Under the pieces are notes generated by a model that had not been told where the DNA came from, did not search any database, and saw only the letters and a list, made by a program, of their open reading frames with translations. A program made the position numbers and the translations under genes. Source: Prasinococcaceae sp. CCMP 1430 (lineage: Eukaryota; Plantae; Prasinodermophyta). Taken from it: 37,729 nt of DNA. Location: the NCBI GenBank assembly GCA_013416795.1, contig RQSC01000486.1, positions 1-37,729 of the forward strand, read 5' to 3'. This document shows, piece by piece, positions 19,624 to 32,322 of the stretch (position 1 is the stretch's first letter; every line of letters begins with the position of its first letter).

Positions 19624-22600
19624 TTACATCCAGCGCTCTTTGTCTGCTGCGGTCTGGTACGAGTCATCCGAGCCAGCGGGGGTTTGGAAGGGCGCCGTGG
19701 CATCCTCGTCGCCCTGGCTGAGCCTCTCGGTCACCTCGGAGGAAGCCTCGTCGACGTCGGTGGCGCCCGTCTGCTGGGGCGCGCCAACCTCCTCGGGCGA
19801 CTCCTCAATCTCGCTTTCCTCCTCCGTCTCATCGCTAGCCTTAGAGGATGATGACCAAGCCGAGGCTGGTCGCTCTGGCTGGGACGCTGCTGCGCCACCA
19901 GACGCCTCAATGGCGCTGCCGCCTGCCTGCGCGCGAACGATCATGCTCCTCACCATTCTGCGCGCCTTCCAGCCGCGCGCAAACGCTTGGATGGTAAGCG
20001 CCGCCGCCATGCGCACTGACTCGATCTGGTGCACGTTCTGCAAGACGGCGTGCTGTGCCTCGACGATGTTCTGCAGCGCCTCGATCTGCGCTTCGACGAC
20101 CATCTCTTTCGAGGCGAGCCATTTCATCTCCTGGCGCTTTTCCTCCTCGTATTCGGGCACCTCCACGCCCACCCTGTCGAGCACCTTTTCAGCGATCAAC
20201 TCGGCGAGCTCGCGCGGGGACATCGAGCCCAGCGGGGACTCGCGGGCGCCATGATCAAGCGCGCTATGGAGCGGATGGCTCGTGAACCCGCCACCCTCGT
20301 CCTCGCTCGAGTCGCCCGAACCGGACACGATCGCTCGCAGCTGCTGCGCCTGCAGCGTGCAGAGGCACGCGACAATCTCGCGGCGCGATACCCACGAGGA
20401 ACCGTCACTCATGGGCATGCGCAAGTGCGCGTCGACGAAGGCGCGGCGCTCCGCCAGCTCCTCCTCGTCGTCCGAGTCGAGGCCCATTTGGTCCACCAGC
20501 CCGCTGAGCTCAGCCTGGACGCAGCCCATCACGGCGCCCACGGCGCGGTCGGCGACGCCGAGGCAGCCCCCGCGGTCGGCCTTGATCTCACCGCGAGCGA
20601 TAGCGTCTGCCTTGGCCTGAGCGCGCTTGGAAGCCGTGCGCGAATTCTTCATCTTGTCCAGTCGCGCCTTGCGCTGCGCCAGGCGCTTGTGCAGCATCCC
20701 AAGATACACGAATGGGGGCACCTCGACGCCCGTGTCCTCTACCGCCATCTCGGCGTCCATCGTGGCGGCCTCATCCGAGGAGCTTTCGAGCAGCTTGCGC
20801 TTTGTCCTCTTCTTCGTATACCATTCACCAAGCAGGCCCATCGCCTCGCCGCCTACGCTCACCTTGTCGTCGGGGCGCGTGCTCGCATCGAACTCGGAGC
20901 GCACCTCGACGAACGCGTCTCCAAGCTCGGCGAGCAGGAAGTTGGCAACGATGAAAAGCTCCAGCACGGCGTAGACGACGACCATGATGAACCCCACCCA
21001 GTACTCGGTTGAAGTGACGGCGCCGTTGTTGGAAAGCCTCGTGAGCTCGTAAGCGACACTGATCTCTCCAAGAATGATGGTGAAGAAGTACATCACGCTG
21101 TCCTGGAAGGTGCGGAAGTAGATGATCTTGTCACCGAATACGATGACGGCGGTGGCGGCAAACATGGACATGACAAGCATCAATATTCCGACAACGTACG
21201 CCACGTCCGACGCGCTGCGAATGAGCGTGAGCGTCGTGCGCTTGAACTGCGGCTGGAAGTGCACGAGCATGAGCAGGCGGACCATCAATATTAGCAGCAC
21301 GATTCCACACAACGTGAAGTACAACGTGAGCAGATTTGACATGGTGTCCAGCGTGCTGACCATCTTCTCGAACAGTATGAGGTCCTCGGCGTCGAGCGGC
21401 TTGTCCCACCTCGACTCGCCCCTCGGCGTGCCCTCGCGGTTGTGCAGCAGGTAGCGAGCGGCGGCAGCCAGGTCGTCGTACACGCTGTACCTGGGCTCAA
21501 CTTCGAGGGGCAGGAGGTACGAGAACACGTACGACCACCACACGAGCAGCGACATTACCAGCAGGATGACGATCACGTCGTCCACGAGCGCCCTGCCGTT
21601 CAATAGGCGCCTCATGATGCCACCAGTGAGGGAACCTGCTTCCCTGATGTCCGCGAGGAGGGCGATCACTCGGCTCGCAGCTGCATACGCAATTATGAGG
21701 GCGACGATGCCCTCGAGGGCCGCGCGCACCCAGTTCTGCGTGGTGCTGTAAAGGTTGACCGGCAGCGCCTGCACGTTCTCATTCACAAGAATGTACCCAC
21801 CGGGCACGAAGTCGAAGTCCACGCTGTAGGTGATGAACGTTGAGGCCTCGGCGTTGTAGAAGTAGAACGCCGTGGTCAGCGCGCGCGTGCTCGAGTCGAT
21901 GAATCCGCCCTCGTCGAGGTAGAGCACCATCTCGAAGAAGCGCGTGCGAGTGAACGACGTATCGAACAGTACCCAGAAGCCGTCGCGGTAGCCCTTGAGC
22001 GGATGCGTCGCGAAGCCGAAGGGCGTCTGCGCCTTGCCGAAAGTCTCGCTACTGTTTGCGCTGAGGTCATAGAAGAGCTCCTTGAAAGACTGCAGCGAGG
22101 GCTCGTACAGCTGCGTGCCCTTGAGGAAGACGGGGTCCACACCGAACGTCTCACCTGAGAGAACAGAGCCATCGCGGCAGGTCACGCCCAGGTGGTCGAA
22201 GCGGCGGCTCCCACAAACCTCGACGCCAGATGCGGCGCGCGTCTGGTGCACCACCATGCCAGCGAGGAGGCGATTCGTTCGCCCGGCACTGCGTTTGAAG
22301 ATGGGCTCCTCGGGACCGACGCCCAGGTTGATGTAGCCGGATTCTTCGAGCTCGCGCAGCTCCGCGATGGTGATATTGAAGCGCTTGCCGTCGGCGGTAT
22401 TGACGCGCGCGAGCCCTCCGTCCTCCACGGTGCGGCCCGCGCCACCCGCGCCACCCGCACGCAGCAGTCTGCGGCGGCTCTCAGTCGCATTGCTCGCGGC
22501 AACGCCGCTGCTGGCATCGCTGACCGCGCCAGAAAGTGCCTCAACGAGGTCGTCCGCGTCGCTGGCGCCTTCCGCCGCGGCGTCAGTGGCCCCGCCGACG

Positions 22601-25600
22601 AGCTGCAGGTAGCGCTCGAGCAGGCTATCGGCGCCACTGTCGGTCGATGGGTCATACACGTAGTCCACAGTGACCACGTCGTAGTCGTACAGCTCGTACG
22701 AGCTCACGTTGAAGTCGATCGACAGGTCGGAAGCATCGTGCCGCGAACAGAAGAGCTCTTCCGCATCTTCGCCGACGAAGGATGCGGCGAGGGCCGCCGT
22801 GCGGACGGAGCGAAGCTCGTCCTGGAGGCGCACGCTCTCCTGCACGATCGCCGTGATGGCGCTTGCGTCGCTGGGGCCTGCAGCCAGCGTGACCAGGACC
22901 GCCTGCAGCTCGTCGAGCATATCGATGAGCTCATCGGCAGTCTTGATGTGCTCCGACGTAGTGTCAGTGGTACGCTTGAGGCTGTCAACGTACGAGTCCG
23001 ACACTGCGCGCTGGAACTTGGGCGCGTTGAGCGATGCCGATCGGTACTCGAGCGTCGCCTTGCTCGCGCTGCGGGCGGTCTTCGTGTTGTCGAGCTGGGT
23101 CTGATACGAATTGTAGGCCACCATGAGCCCCTGCGACCACTTCACCAAGTCAAAGTCCACTTCCTGCACTTCGGTCTCAACCTCCACGTTTGGCGACACC
23201 TCAGGGATCTCCACGTCGAGGCCCTTCTCGCGCGCGAAGGCCGCCATGTTCTCCGTAAGGTTGCCCGAGCCGACAGAGGCCGCAATCGACGAGCCGAGGC
23301 CCGCCGCTTCGTCATCAAGCTCACCCCCCGTGTCGGCGCTACGGAGGGTGAGCTCGAAGTCGAAGTCGATGCTGAAGCCCGACTCGAGCAGCGCGCGCCC
23401 GCCGGCGCCGGTGGCACGTGCGTGACGCAGCGAGCGACCGCGGCTGCGGCGCCGGCGCGCAGACTGTCCCGCGGTCACTCCGGTCACGGCACATTCGGTG
23501 CCCGGCGGCGCCGTCTGAAGCATCGCATCGCATAAGAGCGTCAGGTAGTCGTCGTCCTGCGCAAGCCTCACCGCCTCGGCCTCGGCCTCCTCGACCATGG
23601 TCGCTGTCGACGCTGTCTCGATGGCGCCGCCAACGACCGCCTTCTTTACGATGGTGACCGTGCGAACCTCGCTGGTGGTAGTCAGACCCGCAGAGTCGGT
23701 GACGCGGTACGAGTATAGGTACGTGCCTGGCGGGCACGTCCCGGCGGTCGCCGTCTCGATAGGACATGCCTCCAGGCCTTCGTCATTCTTGGTGCCAGTC
23801 ACCTCGACGAGCGCGCTCAGGTCGCCATCCACAGCGTCGACGGCCGAAACGCCACAGAAGATCACGGTCGCGTCTTCCGCGGGCGCCTCCCCATCCGAAC
23901 AGAGGTCAAGGTACAGGCCCTCCTCGTCGGCATAGTTGCGCTGGTAGTCAAAGGTGTAGTTCATTGAGCCGTACAGGGTGATATTGGGAGGCACAGTGTC
24001 GCCGGCCTCGACGTCGTCATCGCCGCCGAGGGCGGCCGCCTGCTCGCGCACGGCGTCGCGCTCTGCGCACGTTGAGAAACCTGTCGAGCACTCGCCATCA
24101 TCGCAGTACTCCTCGTTGAGCTCGGTGCAGGGGTTCGAGATGGTGATCGTGCGAGTCACCGTCGCCTGCTGCGGCGGCTGCGCCAGGTCGTACACGACGA
24201 AAGTCACAGCGAACTCCGTACCGAAAGGCGCGTCGGGATTGACGCAGCCGGTGACGCCCTTGTTGATATCGCCAGTCTTGGTGTAGTACTCGTGGCCGGA
24301 GCAACCGATGCCCTCATTAATGCACGAGTCCGGTGGGCACGACAATATGGTATTGGTCAGGTCGCCGTTCTCCTCGTCGCTTGCGTCGACGCCCAGCTCG
24401 CACAGCACCTCCTCTGATGGGACCGCGCCGTCGCACACACTGTAGCCCGCCTCGAGCTGTTTGACGCTCTTGTACAGTTTAGCGTACTCGCCAAGGACAC
24501 CGTCGCTGCTGGTGCGAAGAGTGATGGTCGGAGGCTGGTCGACGACCACCTCCTCTTCTTCCTGCGGCGCGGACGCGGTGAGTTCGCTCTCGCAGATGAG
24601 CTCGAAGTCGGAGCAGGTGATGCCGTCGGCGCACTGACGCGTGCCCTCGGGGCATCCGCCCTTGGGTACCACTTTGACGTTGCGGTAGGTGCTCACGCAC
24701 ATCCCTGCCGAGTTGCACGCCTCGAAATCGATCACGTAAGGCTCCGTGCGAGGCTCTGGCGAGCGCGAGACTTCACAGTTGGTGACGCCGTTGCGCACGA
24801 AGTTGGACCCGCACGCGCGCAACACGCTGGCGAGGCTCCCTTCCTGCGGGTCGGTCACGTTGATTCCCGGCTCGCAGATCTGCGTCTTGGGCGTGTCGGG
24901 CGTGCACATCACGTACGGGCTGCCCTCTTCAATCTCCACCGGCGGGAGGCCGTCGGGGGGAGGCTCGGGGGTGATGTAAGGCGGCAGAATCTCGACCTCC
25001 TCCTCCTCGTCGAAAGAAATCGCTTGTACGCCACACACGCCACCCGCGCCGGGGCACATGTTGTCGTCGAAGTCGTCGCCCTTGCAGCGCTCGACCTGGT
25101 TGCCGTTTTCGTCACGGCACACGACGTAGATACGACGGCGGGCGACCATGGCCGCGTTTCCGGCGCTGTCGCTCACAGAGTAGGTGACCACATACGGCAG
25201 GTCGATAGTCAGCTGGCTCACGTCGACCTCAAGAATGCCGACGCTCGAGACGAGCGCCGTGACGTCGCCGTCTTCGGCATCGTAGGCCGTGGCACCAGCG
25301 TCGACGTACGGCACGCCCTGGGTCCAGTTGGTACTCATGACGAGCAGTCCCGCAACGTTGCGTTCCGCCCCCGTGGAGTACTCGTCCTGGGTGAGCGACA
25401 GCACGGGTGGGTCCGTGTCTTGGATCGCCACGAAGACCTCAGCAGGCGCACTCTCGGCCTGCACCTCGACGAAAGCCGCGCCGCACACGCCGAAGCGCGA
25501 GCACTGCGGGTCTTCGGGGGTGCTCGAGTCGGCGCACACATATTCGCCATCCTCGCACGGGCTGGTGACTGTGATCACTCGCGTCTCCTCGGTGGAACAC

Positions 25601-28600
25601 ACGCCCGAGTTGTCGGGCGTACCGTCGCAGCTCTCGTCAGTGGCGATGTACGTAATGACGTACTCGCCAACGCGCGTGACGTCCACGTCGCCGAAGCCGA
25701 GCACGCGCACGCTCACGACCCCGTCGATGGCATCCAGCGCGGTCGCTCCAGCATCGGTGTAGCCGGCGGTGGTGTTGCCAACGATAAAAATCTCGCGGTC
25801 GCCGAGCACTGTGATCACGGGTGGGTCGTAGTCGCACTTGAGCTCGTCCGAGTTGTCCGGGCAGTCGTAATCGACGCGGTCACAAACGGCGGAGTTCGAC
25901 ACGCAGCCGCTGAGGTCCGCGCAGCGGAACTGGCCGTCGTCGCACTGGAGCTCCAGCTCCGAGTCATCTTCCTCGTAGTCGTAGTTGATATCGAGCGAGG
26001 CCGCGGTGGGAAGGGGCGCAGGGGGCGGAGGCACTGGCGGCATCGGCGGCTCGGGCACCACGACGACGAAGTCTAGCGAGGTGCACCCGGCAGCCTCGTC
26101 CTCCGCGGTCGGGCAGTTGATGTTGCCATCACAGATGTCGAACAGGTCGATGCACGTGCCGTCGTCGCACGCGGTCTTGCCTAACCCGCACCCCGTTCCG
26201 ACGTAGCTGTGGTCGATCTCGACGAAGGAGTCCACCTCAAAGGTGATTGTGCTCACGCTCGAGTAAACCACCGACTGAGCGCTCGGTATGAGGGCATTCG
26301 TCAGCACGCTGCTGCTCGCAAAGACGACTTGTGGCTCACGCAGCAGCGTCTCGACCGCCAAGCTGCTGTCGCCCCCAGGGAAATAGTACGTCAGTGTCAC
26401 GCGCGTGCCGGTGAGCAATTCCGACTCCGACGGCGAGATTTCCACCTCGAAGTGCTCCTGCTTGTGGCCGAGAGCATCGGTGGCAGCAACGAGCACCTCC
26501 TCGACGAATGGCGCCGCGAACATCTCCATGTAGCCGGCGCTGCCTTCGTCAAATAGCGAGTACGCAAGCGCCGCAAAAGTTGCCTCCAAAGTCACAGCGG
26601 TGCCAAGCACGGCGGCCGGCGGGGGCAGCGGGGGCGGCGAGGGCGGCGGGCTCGGCGGCGGGCTCGGAGGCGGTGAAGGAGGAGGGCTTGGAGGAGGGCT
26701 TGGAGGAGGGCTCGGGGGCGTGTGTGTGCACGTGTGAGTGTGCGCGCTCGCTCACCAGCAGCAAGGCGGTGGGCTCGGCGGCGGTGGGCTCGGCGGCGGT
26801 GGGCTCGGCGGCGGTGGGCTCGGCGGCGGTGGGCTCGGCGGCGGTGGGCTCGGCGGCGGTGGGCTTGGCGGCAGGCTCGGCGGAGGCGGGCTCGGTGGAG
26901 GTGGGCTTGAGTCGGCCTGGACTGCGACGACCACACTGAAGGACGTCACGTTGACGTATGCGTACGCGTATGAGGCATTCACATACGAGATAGTGTGCGG
27001 CTCGAGTACTTCGGCCCATTCGGTGGAATTGATGCTGTCGGCCTTCAGAATGTACACGCCACCCTCGCCATATGGCTCGTACGGAACCTGCAGCGTCACA
27101 GGCTGGTCGAACGCCATACCGTGCGGCGTGAGCGATACATAGTCTGAACGGGCGCCCTTGCCGAACGCGCCAGACGACAACTTCTGCGAAAGCGTCGGCA
27201 CGTCGTTCGAGCTGAGCGCTACCATGCCGAGTGACATGCTGCCAGAGAACGCCCCGGCAGGCACGCGCATCTGGTGGCCTGTGCCCGCGATCTCCATCGT
27301 GCCTCCCCGGTCGCCCTCGAACTCTTGCGCTCCGGAGCGGTGGGCGCGCACGGCATCGCACGCATCCCCGCCGCCTTGAGACCCGCAATACTCCCTCATC
27401 ACGAGCAGGCACCTAGGCGTGGCGGTGGTGGGATCGAAGGCGTAGGACGCCCCTCTCCCGGGGGCGGCGCACTCCTGGCGGGTGCAGGGACACTCGTACG
27501 CGATGCCTCGGATGCCGCTGTCGCACTCGAAGGGGCATTCGAGCGAGTACCCATCGGCGAACTTCGGCGGCCCGCCCACGAAGTGTCCGTTGAAGCTGTA
27601 AATGTGGTCGACCAAGAGGACATCCGTCATGTCGTTGAAGTCAGTGAAATCGGTCTGTGACAAGCCTGCCTCAAGCAGAAGCTCCAACGGTGTCAATTCC
27701 CTGGCGGACGAGCTGAGGTGCCTCTTTCGCCGTCTGTCGTCGTCGTCGCCACCGGTGTCAGGGAAGTCAAAGCGGGTGCGCGCGGATTCGTCCGCCTCTT
27801 CGTAGTCCAACTCAACGAGGTAGGTTGTCGTGCCATCGCCGGCCCGGCCCTTCAAGATCTCCCCAGCCGCGCGCAGGGCCTTGTGAAACTTGATCGCCGC
27901 GGCGCGGTCGAATAGACCGACGCGGAAGATCGCCACGCGCGTCTGGTTGTCGGTGCCCGTTGCTGTGGTCTCCCCAAGGCTGTGCCAGACCTCCGCGTCG
28001 CGGAAGAATGTCTGGCGCGTCGGGCAGCACGGATCGCACTTGAACGACGCCACTGCGAGCGAACCCTGCCTCTCGCCGCACGTGCTGTACGCGGCGCCCA
28101 CTTTCTTGTTGGGGTCCGACTGGACGGGGACGCACGACGCGACAGCTTCCTTGCACGACTCGTCAACCTCTGAGTAGCAAGGGTACTCGTCGTAGCAAGA
28201 GTTGGTCGTGTCAACGACCTCGCCGAGGGCGCACGTCTCGCCTGAGGTAAATTCTTGCTCCGCGGCTCCCTCAAACGAGTAGTAGGGCTGGGATTCGCAC
28301 TCGAGCGCGTCCGTGGCGTTGGCCGGGCGCTCGGGCGTCACGCACAGGCGCTCGTCACGCTCATAGTACTCCTGCGGCTGTAAGGTCAGCGAGATCGTGT
28401 AGTCCTCGTACCGGTGGTTGTGCCCCGAATAGTCGTAGTCTCGGTTGTTGATCGCGTAGTCGTACTCGTGGTTGTGGTAGTCACTGTACTCTTGGTTGTG
28501 GTAGTAGTCACTGTGCTCTTGGTTGTAGTAGTCACTGTGCTCTTGGGCGTTCATCGCGTCGTCGTAGTAGTACTGTCGGTTGTAGTGCTGACTATATTCT

Positions 28601-30615
28601 TGGTTGTGGTACTCACTGTACTCTTGGTTGTCGTAGTACTCACTGTACTCTTGGTTGTCGTAGTAGTCACTGTAGTCTTGGTTGTTGATGCGCGCGGCGG
28701 CCGAGGCAACAAGGTCCAACGCGTCGTACACCGCCTCGAAGAGGTCACCGTCGGGGGCGTCGTGCGTGGGAAAGACGATGCGCACGGCGCCATCCACGAC
28801 GTACTCCGGTGTGTCCAGGGAGACTGTGTCGCCGCCCACCACCGTGTCGGGAAGAACGGCTGCCTTGATCTGCTCCGTACTCATCGCCCCGAGCTTGTGA
28901 CCGGTGAGCGCCACCTCGCTTATCCCGCGCAGCGTGCGCAGGCCTTCGGGCGAGAAGGCTGCGAGCTGCTCGGGGCTCATCAGCTCGAGCGCGCTCACGC
29001 TCAGGCCGCCTACGGCCGAGGGCGAAAGGTTGGCGAGCTCGCTCGCCGAGTACGCCGCGGAGAACACGCCCGCGTACTCGGCGTCTTCGGTGGACCAGTC
29101 ACCGGTTGCACCCATCACCTCCCGCACGAGGTCGGGGAAGCCGCTGTCCTCATCGCGAAGGGCTTCCAGCCGGCCCGTGAAGCTCAGCTGCCTGTCGAGC
29201 AGCGGCAAGGTCCCCGCAAACTCCTCCGCGAGGTCCGCCAGGGGGTAGTCATAGTCGCGGCCGCCCTCGAGCAAGAAGTGCGCGCACGTGGTATTGTGCA
29301 ACATGTGATACTTGAGCATGTACTCAGAATACTCGAAGAAGTCGCAAACCGCGTCGGGGTGCGAGCAGTCCACCTCCGGCTCCCAATCGTCCTGTGAGGA
29401 AAGCAAGGCGCGCCGGGTGCGCATGCGCCCGGAGGAGTCTGCCGGGGCGCCGGAGGCGGGGCGGTCTTCGACCGCCGCCGCCGCGCCGCCGCGCGCCTCC
29501 GCGAGCGCGCGCCCGTCACGCAGCACGCGATCGATGCGCGAGTTGAACGCCCGCAGCCTGCGCGAGGCCTCGCCACCCGCAAGCAACCCCGTCTTGCGGT
29601 CGACCACCACCGCGAGCGGCGTCTTGGGCAGCGGGCACGACGCCAAGGAGCTCACGACCTGCGGATCGGTACTGTTGGAGATGTCGATGACCTTGGCCGA
29701 CACACGCCCGAACGTGTCCCCGCGCACACGCAGGTAGTACTGGCCGTCGGGCAAATTGACCGGCAGCGTGGCTGTCGAGCGGTCGGGCCTGTTGAATGTG
29801 CGGTCCTGCTCGTACCAGCAGACCTCTTCGGATTGCTTGAGGCACAGGTTCCACGTCGCCTCGGTCATCAGCTCGGCGGCCGAGCGCGGCGGCGCCTCGA
29901 AGCCCGGCGGAGCAAAGAAGCTCGCCGAGACGCGCAGCAGCATCGTGGTCGTGCGCTCCTCGAGGCCGCAGTCGAGGAAGCAGCCGAAACGGCCGTAGCC
30001 CGGCACCTCGAAGGGCGACTCGCAGACTCCGTCGCCGCACACCGGGTCGGTCCACAGCGGCCACACGTTGCCCTCCATCCACGCATACACGCTATCCTTG
30101 CCCTTCATCACCGTGCCCGACTCGCCCGGCGAGAGGACGCTGCGCACGGGGTCCACCACCGTGCTCATCTCGTAGCTGTTGCGCTGCTGCAGCAGCATCG
30201 CGACGAAGAGCCCCACGGCGACGAAGAATACCAGCAGGCCCCGGTGGCCGTCCACTCGCGCCCCCCGCCGCTCGACCACCCCACCCACCACGTCAAGCGA
30301 GCGCTGCACGCCCTGCGGGAGCCGGAAGCGCGCGCTCATGCTGCCCGCGTCCCACTTGCCCGACTGGAGCGCGCGCAGCAGGCGCGGGTCGCGATCGGGG
30401 TTCGCGAACGTGACGGCGGGTGCCCGCTGCTGCACCATCTCCTCGGAGATCTCCGACTCCGTGGCGTCCTCCTCCTCGGCTTCCGCGCCGCCCGACACGG
30501 GAGCGTCCGCCGCGGCGCCGCCCGCAAGCGCCGCCTGGCGCCGCTCCTCGCTCGGCGGGGGCGGGAGCGGCCACAGTGCCCGCCCCGCGCTCGTGCTGGC
30601 GGCGCCGCCGCTCAT
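19624..30615 (-). CDS. Giant polycystin-2 (PKD2/TRPP)-like cation channel, ~3650 aa; exons 30615-26756 and 26710-19624
   Basis: N-terminal TM (LLVFFVAVGLFVAMLL) and CGDGVCESP motif, then ZU5-like, SPPP repeats, two LDLa-like Cys modules and several DUF5011/Ig-like repeats (DPPVITVLG...GATALDAIDG). C-terminal PKD channel region (GFIDSSTR..FYNAE, TM helices, pore FFTIILGE) and an IQ motif (IQAFARGWKARR). The 45-nt intron joins the frames in phase 2 but has an atypical GAG acceptor. Confidence 0.85.
26771..26860 (-). repeat. Six perfect 15-nt tandem repeats encoding SPPPP (extensin/HRGP-like spacer)
   Basis: The unit gggctcggcggcggt (+ strand) occurs six times, with degenerate copies on both flanks. 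Confidence 0.9.
28400..28690 (-). repeat. Coding tandem repeats (~24-27 nt) encoding (D/H)NQE(Y/H)S(D/E)YY
   Basis: Repeated ctcttggttgt..gtagtactcactgta units translate as NQDYSDYYDNQEYSEYYDNQEYSEYHNQEY... Confidence 0.85.
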
Positions 30616-30643
30616 GATGCGCTCGCAAGGGGCCCGAGCCCCC

Positions 30644-31211
30644 NNNNNNNNNNNNNNNNNNNNNNNNNNNNNNNNNNNNNNNNNNNNNNNNNNNNNNNNN
30701 NNNNNNNNNNNNNNNNNNNNNNNNNNNNNNNNNNNNNNNNNNNNNNNNNNNNNNNNNNNNNNNNNNNNNNNNNNNNNNNNNNNNNNNNNNNNNNNNNNNN
30801 NNNNNNNNNNNNNNNNNNNNNNNNNNNNNNNNNNNNNNNNNNNNNNNNNNNNNNNNNNNNNNNNNNNNNNNNNNNNNNNNNNNNNNNNNNNNNNNNNNNN
30901 NNNNNNNNNNNNNNNNNNNNNNNNNNNNNNNNNNNNNNNNNNNNNNNNNNNNNNNNNNNNNNNNNNNNNNNNNNNNNNNNNNNNNNNNNNNNNNNNNNNN
31001 NNNNNNNNNNNNNNNNNNNNNNNNNNNNNNNNNNNNNNNNNNNNNNNNNNNNNNNNNNNNNNNNNNNNNNNNNNNNNNNNNNNNNNNNNNNNNNNNNNNN
31101 NNNNNNNNNNNNNNNNNNNNNNNNNNNNNNNNNNNNNNNNNNNNNNNNNNNNNNNNNNNNNNNNNNNNNNNNNNNNNNNNNNNNNNNNNNNNNNNNNNNN
31201 NNNNNNNNNNN
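30644..31211. other. Assembly gap
   Basis: Run of N. Confidence 1.
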
Positions 31212-31536
31212 GTCGATCCCTGTCTGTCGCCGGCGGCTTTTTTTTTTTTTTTTGCCCCGCGCGCAGTCGGAACGCATCGACGGGCGGGCGTGGATTCCAT
31301 CGGATTCCGTATGGATTCGGCGGAGTTTCGGACGGAGTCCGCGCCGGCGGCGAAGGGGCGCGCGAGGGGGGGGAGAGACGTAGAGACGGAGAGGAGAGGC
31401 AGAGGCGGCGGGCTGACGCCGAGGCGCGCTCGTCCCCGCGCTGCCCGCGCGCGACATCTCTTCCAACCCCCCAACACGCACACACACACACACACGCACC
31501 CTTCCCCTCAATGTCGCTCCCTCCCTTGGCGCGCAG

Positions 31537-32322
31537 GACGTGATGAAGTCGTGGGGCGGCCACGGCGGCGACCACGAGGCGGACATACTCGCGACCATGC
31601 AGGGCGCCATGTCCGGGCCGATGGGCGCGCCGGCCGTCCTTGGCGCGCCGGCCGCGAGCGTGGGCATGGGCCAGCCGAACGGCCGGTTCGTCGGCGGGTG
31701 CCTCGACGGCGGGTACGCGCAGCCGCCCGCCTCGCAGGCGCAGATTCTCGGGGGGGGCGACGGCGTCGTGCCGGACTTCTTCTCGCACCAGCAGCAGCAC
31801 CTCCACCAGCAACAGCTCACCGGGCAGGCGCAGCGGCAGGCGCAGAAGCAGGGGGGGCAGGCGCAGGAGCGAGGAAAGGCTGGCCTGCCGCCCAAGGCCA
31901 GGGGCGGGCGGTCGCGCGCGCCGTCGAAGAAACAGTCGCGCGCCGCTGCCTCGCGCGCAGCGGCGGCGCCGGCCGCCACGGGCGCCAAGAGCGGCTCGAG
32001 GAGCGGCAGCAAGGGCGGCAAGAGGACGTCCAGTGGCTCGCGCACGCCCGCGGCGCTCAGGCCCGCCGCGAAGCCCGCCGCGAAGCCCGCCGCGAAGGCC
32101 GCATCGAGGTCCGGTGGCGTGGCGAAGCCCGCCGCCCGGCCCGCTGCCAGATTGGCCGCCAACGGCAAGGGGGCCGGAGCGCAGCTCGCCGCCACGTCCC
32201 CGGCGGCCGCCAAGAACGGCTCGAACCCGAGGGGCAAAGTGCCACGGGCGGGGCTCATGAATGGCTTCCCGCACAACTCGACCGCCGTGCAGGCAGCGGC
32301 GGCGGCGGCGGCGGCGGCGGCG
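31537..32322 (+). CDS. Internal exon of a hypothetical low-complexity (Q-rich, PAAK-rich basic) protein; 5' exons probably in gap 30644-31211
   Basis: CAG acceptor at 31534-31536 and an open frame with HQQQHLHQQQ and KPAAKPAAKAA, ending in a poly-Ala (GCG)9 tract. No family recognised. Confidence 0.5.

Noticed and set aside
28400-28690. Repeat array that might be a CRISPR
   Set aside because: It is in-frame coding tandem repeat with no unique spacers and no cas genes, in a eukaryotic context.
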